47,423 nucleotides of DNA from Octopus bimaculoides. Lineage: Eukaryota. Position numbers and translations under genes: made by a program. The stretch is taken from NCBI RefSeq assembly GCF_001194135.2, contig NC_069005.1, positions 14,303,965 through 14,351,387 of the forward strand. The letters are read 5' to 3'. How positions within the stretch are numbered: position 1 is the stretch's first letter; every line of letters begins with the position of its first letter. This document shows positions 25,040 through 36,265 of this stretch, one piece after another. The notes below the pieces were generated by a model. It made no database searches. It saw nothing but the letters and a program-made list of their open reading frames with translations, and was not told the DNA's origin.

Positions 25040-25192
25040 TGGGAGATAGGGAAAGTCGATCACATCGACTCCAGTACTTGACTGGTACTTAATTTATCGA
25101 CCTCGAGAGGATGAAAGGCAAAGTCGACCTCGGACGAAATGCTGCTAAGCATTTTGCCCAGCGTGCTAACGATTCTGCCAGCTCGCTGCCTT
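25040..25192 (-). mobile_element. tRNA-derived SINE (7490 family) with an internal deletion
   Basis: The minus strand reads GGCAGCGAGCTGGCAGAATCGTTAGCACGCTGGGCAAAATGCTTAGC..GAGGTCGACTTTGCCTTTCATCC. Confidence 0.85.
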
Positions 25193-25809
25193 TGTAACCC
25201 TCTTATAATAACATACATTTATATGTCTAACGTGTTTGTGTGTGTGTGTGTGAGAGAGAGAGAGATTTTTAATTTGAAATTTAATTTTATCTCACTTGTG
25301 CTATGCCGCTGCACATCAATATATCAAATTTACTTTATTTATATATGCCTCAAATCAATGATTCATTTTGTTCCGAGGTGAGTCAAGTATACGATACTAA
25401 AGAACAAAAACGATAGCGAAATACCGATATTTACCATTCTCGTTCACCTTCGGGGCGAGCTGTCTCATCCCCGGCCTGAGACATTCCGTGTTCTTTAACA
25501 CTCGGCGTTGTGTAGGGATTTTCCCCCAGGGTGTTATTAACAAAACACTTTGTATGTGCTACCAATAATACTTACGCAATTCATACAATGTTATGTAATA
25601 CATGCCATAATATATGGAAATATGTAATAATAATCTTGTAGTCTATTCGCATCCTCACATGTCATAGTTTCAAGGCACGATCGAGCAAATGAATGGTTTG
25701 GGATGTTACAATATGTAAATAGACCGAACACATGTTTACATATGTTCTGTCCTCACACACAGAAAAATATATAATCACATAAGTGCAACTTCTGCTAGTT
25801 TTAAAGTCT

Positions 25810-26010
25810 AACAACGAAACCACTTATATACTTTTAGACATGAAGGTAAGGCTGATTTTATTTCATTATCCAAGCTTATATGGAAACTTAAACGACAAGG
25901 CAAGAATTACTCAACCACTTGGTCCCTTATCAGGCGTGCTACGCCTTATACTGGCAGCGGAAGATACTGTCTGCTCAGCAGTGAGGTTCTCGCTATCATG
26001 AATTGCTAAG
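25810..26010 (+). pseudogene. Penelope-like (Neptune-type) GIY-YIG endonuclease C-terminal fragment
   Basis: FRHEGKADFISLSKLIWKLKRQGKNYSTTWSLIRRATPYTGSGRYCLLSSEVLAI parallels the 40807-41170 fragment (SLANHVWQLK..ISWKVL..Y..RRCKLCIAERAII). A T-rich, 3'UTR-like tract follows. Confidence 0.7.
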
Positions 26011-27122
26011 ACACACACAAAGGAGAACTTTTCTTTACAACACATTAACTACATCTACATCTTAGACAGTGAGCTGTGACTTCCTTTGATTAAAGATCGC
26101 GCATCGAACCATAAGCTGTGCTTTCTTCCGATTAGATTTCTACCCTGTACCTGTCTTAAATCTCTTTACCTTAATCCTATATTCCTTATAAGTTCTCTTT
26201 AGATTGTGTATTTTTTTAAATACCTTTACATTATATCTTTTATTCTATCCTTTCAACGCTTTATCTCACGGAAAAAGAACTTATGCAACACTTTTGACCC
26301 AGACTACATTCCAGACAATCGACTGACTTTCCTTGAATTTGAAATTTCTTAATTGTCTTACTTTTCTCCTTATCAATAGCAGCAGAAACCCAACTGATCT
26401 CTAAGCGAATAAAAACAAAAAACACAATGAATTACAGTAATATTACCAATTCTATGCATCAAAACACACGTCCTAGTAAATAACAACATCCATAAACAAG
26501 ACCGCATAGCTCTTATAAATATTTACACTTTCCTTGAATTTGAAATTTCTTAATTGTCTTACTGTTGTCCGTATCTTAGATTTTATACGATATTCTATTT
26601 TCTCATTTTTACTTTTTTTTGTATTTTATGCGTTATATTCTTATTTTCTATTATTTGTTTTATGTATCTTCTATTTATAATTTTACTTTTAGATCTTAAA
26701 ATGTATCTTTATAGTTATATTCTATAATTTGCCTTTTATAATCGATAATGTATGCATGTCAATCACTTTTTAAAATCTTATCGTTCTTTATGGTATCATA
26801 TGTTTATGCGATATTCTTTACATTCACTTTTACCTTATCCTGTATTCTATATTACATTTATTTTTTAATACTATGTGACTTGACTTTAAAGTACCTTCTA
26901 TTTAGAATTTAAAATATCACTTTTTACTTTTAAGATATTCGGGGTATATTTATATGTATATTCTATATTCTATATTTTTATAGCTGGGATGAAATGAATA
27001 ACGACTCGCTATTAGTGTTTTATCTTTATTATAACATGAGACTAATAACTACGCTCGGTCTAGATAGATAAATAATTAGGTAAATAGAGAGATATTTTGT
27101 TGGCTTGATCGATAAGTAAATG

Positions 27123-27157
<35 letters not shown>

Positions 27158-27524
27158 TTAGATAAATGGACCGAGTGATTGTGAGACTGATAAATAAACG
27201 CACATGTATATTCTTTTATTTCTTTACTTGTTTCAGTCATTTGACTGCGGCCATGCTGNNNNNNNNNNNNNNNNNNNNNNNNNNNNNNNNNNNNNNNNNN
27301 NNNNNNNNNNNNNNNNNNNNNNNNNNNNNNNNNNNNNNNNNNNNNNNNNNNNNNNNNNTATGTATGTATGTATGTATGTATGTACGTACTTATGTATGTG
27401 AGTATTTAGGTAAGTGTGTAGACGTGTCTGTGTGTGTACATGTGTATGTACGTGTGAACGTATGTTTATTACTGATGTGTGTCTGTTCAAGTTGTATACA
27501 TGACTGTTACTTTGTCGAAGGTTG

Positions 27525-27570
<46 letters not shown>

Positions 27571-27779
27571 CATACATACACACACACGTGTGTATGTGCG
27601 TGTGTCCCTCTCACCACCGTCTAACGGTGAATGGATACAATGTCTTAGATACATACATGCAAATATAAACCTACCTATACATATATACAAGCACACACAA
27701 TCATATAGATACTTATACACACTCACAAATATACGTATAATCTTAAAGTATACACATATATGCACTTATCCATCTACAC

Positions 27780-29960
27780 CAGGGGTTCCAAACCTGGTCC
27801 ATGTGGACCACTAGGTGATCCACAAGAAAATTCATATGGTCCGTGGAAAATTTTCTGTGGTCCATCTGAAGAATTAAAATTTTTCCGTACACGCACATAT
27901 CGCGCAAACGAAATATGCCTCATCGCATATGCGTGAACATATACGAGTGCACTCCTTGCCTATTGGACGATTAGCTATCCAATCATACATGGACGCGTGC
28001 CAGACAGCTACAGACGCGTACAATCGGATCTACGTCTGCGAGCATTAAAAACACACAACAAAAAATTGTGTGTTCTCGGCCGGTCAATGCGATCGTGTTT
28101 TCTTCCTGACTTTTGAATTGAGGATTACTAACGAAACCGCAGTTCTTACAGCTTACCCAACATATCGTATTATCTCTCCAGTTGCGTACATTTTTACACA
28201 AGTGTTAGTCTAATTGTAATCTGTAGAAATGTTGCTGTCAGTGATATGGAAAAACCTTCCCTTAATTCTCCGTCCACCGACTCGGAAGAAAGATTCTGTA
28301 GATGATATCACGAAGATTATATCAAATATGATTTTGTATCCAGTGTAGAAGATCCTTTTTTTTACCACAGTGTATTATCTGCTCAAAAGTATTAACTAAC
28401 GACTCAATGAAACCCTCGAAATTGTTGTATCATCTACAAAAAATCAATCCTGGTTTATTTGGCAAAGCAAAGGAGTACTTCGAAGAATACCATCGCAAAA
28501 AAAAATGTCTCATCTTCATCGCACAAAAATTTCCTCGTCCATACTAACAACCCGTTCTGGTCTACAGGCGTCCTATAACATTTCGCTCATGATAGCAAAA
28601 CAGGGTCGCCCACATACCGTTGCCGAAGATCTGATTAGGCCCTCCATACTTGAAGCATGTAAAGCTGCTAATGTACCGAACGCTGCCTCAGTTTTAGCAA
28701 ATATTCCACTTTCAAACAACACTGTATCTTCCTGCATTTGTGAAATGGCCGACGATGTCGAATCCATAGTTGTTGAAGACTTGCGACACTGCAGATTCTC
28801 GTTGCCGGTGGTTGACAGCACTTTTGACAACAAATGTGTTGTCCTTGCCTTTGCTTGCTATTTGAAAGGTACCACAGTTTGTGAAAACCTACTCTTCATG
28901 AAAACCGTACTGAAAAACACGGGAGGGACGATCTACAATGCAATCATGGATTATCTTGCTAAAAATGGCATTGATCCCCTCAATCTCATATCAATATGCA
29001 CTGACGGAGCACCGTCTATGATTGGCAAATCCCAGGGTTTTGTTGCCAGATGGATAGAATTTAATCCCGTCTTCACAGTTTATTGCGTTCTCCATCGAGA
29101 AAACCTGATAGCAAAAAGAACTGGAAATAATATATTTTCTGAAACCCTAGACTTAATTGCTTCCGCAGTAAAAAAATAATAAAAAGATCTGCTCATCAAG
29201 ACAGGCATTTTCAAGAAGCTTGTAAAGATGGAACGTTTGACTGTCTGTTGTATTTAACAGATATACGCTGGCTATCAATGGGAAGTTGTCTCGGACGTTT
29301 TGTGGCACTTTTCGATCTGATCCAACTATGACACCATTACTTCATCAGAAAAAACCTGTAATTTTTTATTTACATGAAATCTTTCAAAAACTTAACGATC
29401 TCAATATTTCTTTACAAAGGCAAAGCATCAACATTGTACGAGCCAGACACTTGATAAGGGCGTTTGTGAATAAACTCGTTCTTTGGAAACTTCAAATTGA
29501 AGATCATAACTTTCAGCAGTTCGCGAACTTAAAAGCTGTTGTGGTAGATAACGACTTGCACAAATATATAATCAGGCATCTATCTTTCCTTCACGAAAAC
29601 TTTAATATTCGTTTTGAAGATCTTTTGGCTTTAAATATCCCAATTTTTGTGGGCTCTCTTCACACAATGACGATGAACGATATACTTATTCAACCAGAAT
29701 GCGTTCAGATGGCGCTATGTGAGGCGACGGTAAATGATAATCTGCGCAAATCGTCTGAAAACAACTGAAAACAAGCTGTTTGAACAAGTTGAGCCTTTTA
29801 GTATAAATCTCCCGACATCCTGCTTGGCTGAAAAGAGATTTCCCTTGTCCTCCGCTCGTTCACGAAGCAGCAGAGGCGTTTGAACCTCGATGATAATGCT
29901 GATTTGAGAATTCGCTTGAGCCAAGGATTTCTCAGCTAGTGGATAAAAAGCAATCCCAAG
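27780..29960 (+). mobile_element. hAT (Buster/Charlie-type) transposon with a near-complete, disrupted transposase
   Basis: 5' TIR CAGGGGTTCCAAACC preceded by ATCTACAC. BED-like PQCIICSKVLTNDSMKPSKL, then PLSNNTV, CTDGAPSMIG, CVLHRENL, RWLS, LNDLNISLQ and the dimerisation motif LPTSCLAEKRF. The 3' TIR is not seen and may lie in the gap. Confidence 0.9.
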
Positions 29961-30796
29961 GGACTCACTGAAGGTTTCTTGACATTTTTTCCCGACGACT
30001 AATCGCTGACATTTTATAGTTAATTCAGTTTGTTATATTTCCTCAAACATTTACACGACCTTTTGTACTGATCCCAACTTCACTCCTCACATTTTTTTAA
30101 TTTACCCTTCACATTGTTATATTTTAACTGTACAGCTTTTTTCTGAATAAAAGGTGTTTTCCACGACNNNNNNNNNNNNNNNNNNNNNNNNNNNNNNNNN
30201 NNNNNNNNNNNNNNNNNNNNNNNNNNNNNNNNNNNNNNNNNNNNNNNNNNNNNNNNNNNNNNNNNNNNNNNNNNNNNNNNNNNNNNNNNNNNNNNNNNNN
30301 NNNNNNNNNNNNNNNNNNNNNNNNNNNNNNNNNNNNNNNNNNNNNNNNNNNNNNNNNNNNNNNNNNNNNNNNNNNNNNNNNNNNNNNNNNNNNNNNNNNN
30401 NNNNNNNNNNNNNNNNNNNNNNNNNNNNNNNNNNNNNNNNNNNNNNNNNNNNNNNNNNNNNNNNNNNNNNNNNNNNNNNNNNNNNNNNNNNNNNNNNNNN
30501 NNNNNNNNNNNNNNNNNNNNNNNNNNNNNNNNNNNNNNNNNNNNNNNNNNNNNNNNNNNNNNNNNNNNNNNNNNNNNNNNNNNNNNNNNNNNNNNNNNNN
30601 NNNNNNNNNNNNNNNNNNNNNNNNNNNNNNNNNNNNNNNNNNNNNNNNNNNNNNNNNNNNNNNNNNNNNNNNNNNNNNNNNNNNNNNNNNNNNNNNNNNN
30701 NNNNNNNNNNNNNNNNNNNNNNNNNNNNNNNNNNNNNNNNNNNNNNNNNNNNNNNNNNNNTTTTTTTTTTGTGGACAGCAGCAGTAGGTGTTTGGC

Positions 30797-30863
30797 TATT
30801 TTTAGAAATGATGCCAAGTTTATTTTTAGAAATGATGCCAAGTTTATTTTTAGAAATGATGAC
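30797..30863 (+). repeat. 24-bp tandem repeat, about 2.8 copies
   Basis: TATTTTTAGAAATGATGCCAAGTT repeated. Confidence 0.9.
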
Positions 30864-31028
30864 ATTTGAGAGATTTTTTGTGTTTTAGTTATAGAGATAA
30901 GATTTTTAAACCCCAAGTAAGATAAATTTAATCATTGTTTGTTAAGAGTGGGTTTGAATTTCTTTATAAAGTCCTTTTCTTTGCGTTTTCTCTCAATTTC
31001 ATTCCGGTTGAATGGATGTCTAAACATT

Positions 31029-31335
31029 ACGAAGCTACCGAGAAAAACTCCATAGATACATGCGATTTAAAGCGGACTAGTGAAAAGATATTTTAAAAAG
31101 ACTCCACGTTAGCTAATTTCAAGATTAAAATCTTCAATTAATTTTTTTATCTGTTGTCAGTGCGATACATATATATTTTTACATGTATTGCGCTGACGAT
31201 GGGGAAAAAAATCCGTTTAAGATTTTAATCTTGAAATTAGCTAATTCGTAATTAATGTGGAGTCTTTTTTAAATATCTTTTCACTCGTCCGCTTTCAATA
31301 GCATATATCTATGAAGTTTTTCTCGGTAGCTTCGT
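31029..31335. repeat. Fold-back palindrome (MITE-like), about 307 bp
   Basis: Arms ACGAAGCTACCGAGAAAAACT...TTTCAAGATTAAAATCTT and their reverse complement, with one arm insertion. An inner hairpin GTCAGTGCGATACAT...ATGTATTGCGCTGAC is present. Confidence 0.85.
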
Positions 31336-31447
31336 TCAGTATTGAGGAGAAAAGTCATGGTTTGACTTTCTCCCCAAAGTTGACGGACATTTAGCGATAC
31401 GTAAAACCGAATCTCTAGTGAGACTTTTTATTTTTTTATTTATTTAT

Positions 31448-31489
31448 GTACCCAAAGAGACCCAGAACGGGTCGAAACATGTGTCGTAC
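31448..31489 (+). ncRNA. Degenerate minimal type I hammerhead ribozyme (PLE pLTR-like)
   Basis: GTAC | CCAAAGA (CUGANGA with 2 changes) | GACCC-AGAAC-GGGTC | GAAAC-ATGT-GTC | GTAC, followed by AATAAA. All three stems pair. Confidence 0.7.
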
Positions 31490-32585
31490 TCAATAAAATC
31501 TTTTTCTGTTATCTATTTCATTAATACTGTTACCTCAACCACCACTATGAAGTTCCTGCAATCTACGGATAATAACAGGTAATCGAATCTGTACTGGTGC
31601 TTTACCCATCATCCACTTATACATTTTGTATAATTTCTCCATTATATATATATATATATATATTATTTAAAAGAGTTCCAAATCTGTCTGTTTTTTTATG
31701 TTTTATTTATATTCTTATAAAATTAATGTGGGATATAGAATATGGAATATATAATATAAATAGTAAAATGAAATGAAATGAAGTATTGAATGTCTTATTG
31801 AATATATGAAATATTGAGTATTAAATATAGAGTATTAAATATATAAGGACTAGTATACTTTCCTGCCTCATGGCATGAGGCAGGNNNNNNNNNNNNNNNN
31901 NNNNNNNNNNNNNNNNNNNNNNNNNNNNNNNNNNNNNNNNNNNNNNNNNNNNNNNNNNNNNNNNNNNNNNNNNNNNNNNNNNNNNNNNNNNNNNNNNNNN
32001 NNNNNNNNNNNNNNNNNNNNNNNNNNNNNNNNNNNNNNNNNNNNNNNNNNNNNNNNNNNNNNNNNNNNNNNNNNNNNNNNNNNNNNNNNNNNNNNNNNNN
32101 NNNNNNNNNNNNNNNNNNNNNNNNNNNNNNNNNNNNNNNNNNNNNNNNNNNNNNNNNNNNNNNNNNNNNNNNNNNNNNNNNNNNNNNNNNNNNNNNNNNN
32201 NNNNNNNNNNNNNNNNNNNNNNNNNNNNNNNNNNNNNNNNNNNNNNNNNNNNNNNNNNNNNNNNNNNNNNNNNNNNNNNNNNNNNNNNNNNNNNNNNNNN
32301 NNNNNNNNNNNNNNNNNNNNNNNNNNNNNNNNNNNNNNNNNNNNNNNNNNNNNNNNNNNNNNNNNNNNNNNNNNNNNNNNNNNNNNNNNNNNNNNNNNNN
32401 NNNNNNNNNNNNNNNNNNNNNNNNNNNNNNNNNNNNNNNNNNNNNNNNNNNNNNNNNNNNNNNNNNNNNNNNNNNNNNNNNNNNNNNNNNNNNNNNNNNN
32501 NNNNNNNNNNNNNNNNNNNNNNNNNNNNNNNNNNNNNNNNNNNNNNNNNNNNNNNNNNNNNNNNNNNNNNNNNNNNNNNNNNNNN

Positions 32586-32621
<36 letters not shown>

Positions 32622-32847
32622 AACACACACATGTGTGTATATATATATATAGATTTGCTTTTTTTCGGGAGTGGAGTACTTCTATGTCTTTCAACATATA
32701 AACTCGGCAGCACAGAATTTTTTTTAAAAAAGACTTTCACTTTGAACAATTTATGAAGGTACGTGCAGGATTAACAAATTTTTTACTGACAGTGTAGCCT
32801 TGGATAGCGAGTTTATTAAAACAAAAGCAGGAGCTGAACAAGTAACA

Positions 32848-34679
32848 TCATTTTGCGACATTGTCTCCTTGCTTTTCCATGCACTTTTTCCAGTGCTCTC
32901 CGAGCTTCTTTTTCCAGTGCTCTCCGAGCTTCCTTATTCCAGTGCTCTCCGAGCTTCCTTTTTCCAGTGCTCTCCGAGCTTCCTTTTTCCAGTGCACTCC
33001 GAGCTTCCTTATTCCAGTACTCTCCTAGCTTCCTTTTCCCAGTGCTCTCCGAGCTTCCTTATTCCAGTGCTTTCCGAGCTTCCTTATTCCAGTGCTCTCC
33101 GAGCTTCCTTATTCCGGTGCTCTCCGAGCTTCCTTATTCCAGTGCTCTCCGAGCGTCCTTATTCCAGTGCTCTCCGAGCTTCCTTATTCCAGTGCTCTCC
33201 GAGCTTCCTTATTCCAGTGCTCTCCGAGCTTCCTTATTCCAGTGCTCTCCAAGCTTCCTTTTTCCAGTGCTCTCCGAGCTTCTTTTCCCAGTGCTCTCCA
33301 AGCTTCCTTATTCCAGTGCTCTCCGAGCTTCCTTATTCCAGTGCTCTCCGAGCTTCCTTTTTCCAGTGCTCTCCAAGCTTCCTTATTCCAATGCTCTCCG
33401 AGCTTCTTTTCCCAGTGCTCTCCAAGCTTCCTTATTCCAGTGCTCTCCAAGCTTCCTTATTCCAGTGCTCTCCAAGCTTCCTTTTTCCAGTGCTCTCCGA
33501 GCTTCCTTATTCCAGTGCTCTCCGAGCTTCCTTATTCCATCGGAGAAAAATATCTTCGGATGCTTTTCGCACCTATTTATGCACTTCTTCTAACATTTCT
33601 TCGTTTGTAGCAAACCGATGACGTCGTAAAGGGTTTTCGGATAGTCCAAGGAGGTGTTAGTCGGAGGTGACAAGATCTGAACAGTATGCAGGCTGTTCCA
33701 GCAACTTGAATCCCAATTTTTCAATGGTTTCAGTGGTGTGGGCGTGCATCGTCGTGTAACAGTAACACTTGATTTGATAATAGACCTCGGCGTTTGGCGC
33801 GAATTGCTGGTTTCAGGTTGTTTGCTGACATTGGTGACTGTAGACCCCTTTTCTAGGTAGTGTTCTAGTAGAGGCCCTTTTGCGTCCCAAAAAGACAATT
33901 AGCATCACTTTTTCGTGAAGAGTTGAGCCTTGAATTTCTTCTTTGCTGCCGATTCCTGGTGTTTCCACGACATACTCTGCTGTTTGGATTATGGCTCAAA
34001 GTCATGGATCCAGGTCTCATCTTCTATGACTATTTTCCACAACAAAGCTTCGCCTTCGTTGTAGCGGTCGAGTAAGCTTTGACAGATCTCCACGTGGTTG
34101 CGCGTATGCTTTTCGGTAACCCTTCTTGGTACCCATCTTGCATAGACTTTAAGGAAACGAAGCTTGTCGTGGATGATTTCGTATGCAAAACGATTTTTAA
34201 TTTGCAGAGAACGTGCTACCTCACCGATGGTCACTCGTCGGTTTGCCAGAACCATCTCTTCAGCTTGCTGAATCTTCATATCAGTGGTAGAAATTGATGA
34301 GCGTCCTGTTCCAACTTTGTGCTTCGCGCTTGTCTGGCCATTTTTAAACTTGATCCACTCATACACACTTCAATGCAATAGAGTGCTGTCCCTGTATCAT
34401 ATTGAAAGACTGCGATGAATTTCAACCCCTGACACACCCACAGACCAGAGAAATTGGAGAACTGATTTCTGTTCTTCCTTGATGCATACTACCAGCGGAG
34501 CAGCCATGTTTAATCTGTAACATAAAAAAGAAAACTGGAACGATCGAGGTCAAACTTCGTTTACATAAACACAAGAGTGTCACCTATAAGCATTCGAGTG
34601 CTGAAAGTAGTAAAACCCCTCAACCCCCACCCCCCAAAGTTTTGGCTGAAGGGCAGATAACTTTTGACTTACCCTCGTA
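32848..34679 (-). mobile_element. Mariner with a full-length but disrupted transposase, interrupted by a self-derived minisatellite
   Basis: 5' TIR (reverse complement) TACGAGGGTAAGTCAAAAGTT. ATG at 34507 gives MAAPLVVCIKEEQKSVLQFLW, followed by ARWVPR, DETWIH, FWDAKG and YSPDL-like motifs. The C-terminus HWKKCMEKQGDNVAK* stops at 32848. The 3' TIR is not clearly seen. Confidence 0.92.
32886..33539 (+). repeat. 25-bp minisatellite (about 26 units; some are 24 bp)
   Basis: Unit CCAGTGCTCTCCGAGCTTCCTTATT, with TTTT/TTAT and G/A variants. Confidence 0.97.
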
Positions 34680-34690
34680 TTTTATATACG

Positions 34691-35323
34691 TGTAGTGGAT
34701 ATTGCATGCATGGAGTGGATTCGATCCACCATAGCCAAATTTAAATTAACACTGCAACAGAACTTTTCCCACGGTGGAACAATGGTTTTTCTCTGACAGC
34801 AGTTTTACATTTTCCAGATTGCCTTTAGCTAGGCCGAAATAATGTTTTCACCACTTGACCCTTTCTAACCTCTTCTACTTCACCAAAAGCTAGAATAGAG
34901 ATAACAAGACCACCAACTAAATCTATTGTTCTCAATGATATGTCTATCCTTATAAGTAGTTATAAAAGCAAGAAAACCTCAAGCAAAAAACCAGTCGGTG
35001 ACGACTCAACGAGTCCAGTTACATGGTGACGACTCACTGAGAACGAAGTGTGGCTGACCAGTTAGAACCTTGGTCAGAGGGAGAAATGAAGTTTACTGTC
35101 AGCCACTGTGAGACAACGTCCCACACCCTACAACTCACACTAGCTCTAATTCTGTTCTCTTACAACATCATTCTATCTCTCTCTGTAATTACTGCTAAAC
35201 AATGAAGAGGACACAAACACAAACTTTACTTCGCATGCTTTTGGATCTATCATAACCTGCCCGTCGAAGCAACGTATTGCAATGTAACGGTAAATAAATA
35301 CTTTCTTAAAACTCCATCCTACA
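34691..35323 (+). mobile_element. Candidate solo LTR
   Basis: TGTAG...CTACA inverted termini, TATAAAA at 34961 and AATAAA about 25 bp before the end. The flanks ATACG/ACATG match only partly as a TSD. Confidence 0.55.
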
Positions 35324-35454
35324 ACATGCCGTTATAACAACAAATTCTTATCGTTACAAACTGGCGATCTCGACGTTGCATCATAGCAGGTATCGCTACA
35401 CAAATTAAAAACGTTATCGTTACATATGTTGATATATTTCTCAAGTGAAAGCGG

Positions 35455-35635
35455 CCAAAACATTTAGTGGCATTTTGTCCCTCTGTACGTTCTGAGTTCA
35501 AATTCCACCGAGGTCGACTTCGTCTTTCATCCTTTGAGGATCGATAAAAGAAATACTAGTTAAACATTGGGGTCAATCTAATTGACTTAACCCCTCTCCC
35601 GAAATTACTGGCCGTGTGCCACAAAATTTGAAATT
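35455..35635 (+). mobile_element. SINE (7490 family), 5'-truncated
   Basis: CGTTCTGAGTTCAAATTCCACCGAGGTCGACTTCGTCTTTCATCCTTT. Confidence 0.85.
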
Positions 35636-36265
35636 GATATATTTTTCAAACTACAGTACTTAGTTCTGTATAACAAAATGAAAGATAGACAGCCTAGTTG
35701 CAAAGGTATCAAATAATTTATGAGTTACTTATATAAATTAGTGTAAAAATACAGAAATCTCTGAAAAACTGGCTGTAATGCGAAATCCCATAATGTGAAG
35801 TTAGTTTCTCTATTCATTTTCGTGTTAACAAGTGAGATTGCTTTCCTACGGACTTTCTCGAAGAAAAAAAAAGCACAAAAAAAAACAAACAGCAACAGAG
35901 AACAAGCAACACGATCACCTTTAACAATTTCTAAACATACACGGTACAATATAGATACAAAAAGACACAAGAACATTTCAAGAGGAATATGTTAGGGAAT
36001 TAATAAGAATCGTAATATCGTAAGAGTACGTTCTTACCGCAAAAGATAACTGTGAATGGGAGTGGGGTGGAATGAGCGTTACCAGGGGCATGAGGGACAA
36101 TATTTATTATCTTATAGCTCATTATTACCAGCATCAGCTTGAGGGGTGAAGAACCTATCCAACGTTCAGTTCTATATTTAAGAGATGAGGAATTCTGTAC
36201 ATTATTTACATTATTTACATTCGACGGATATTTGTCCTCATCTTGTTTGTTGTTAACACAACGTT

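Noticed and set aside
26983-27060. CTGGGATGA...CATGAGAC hammerhead-like trace after the 25810 PLE fragment
   Set aside because: Both core strands deviate from consensus and the stems are unconvincing.
31862-31884. 10-bp stem hairpin CCTGCCTCAT/ATGAGGCAGG
   Set aside because: It abuts an N-gap, so it is likely a contig-end artefact and cannot be evaluated.
32886-33539. CRISPR-like array
   Set aside because: The units are head-to-tail with no unique spacers, there are no cas genes, and the context is eukaryotic.
32800-33621. Overlapping long ORFs (273, 246 and 172 aa) of FPVLSEL/SSALRAS/QCSPSF repeats
   Set aside because: These are stop-free translations of the 25-bp minisatellite on the antisense strand of a mariner. 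All frames give the same rotating peptide, so it is not a gene.
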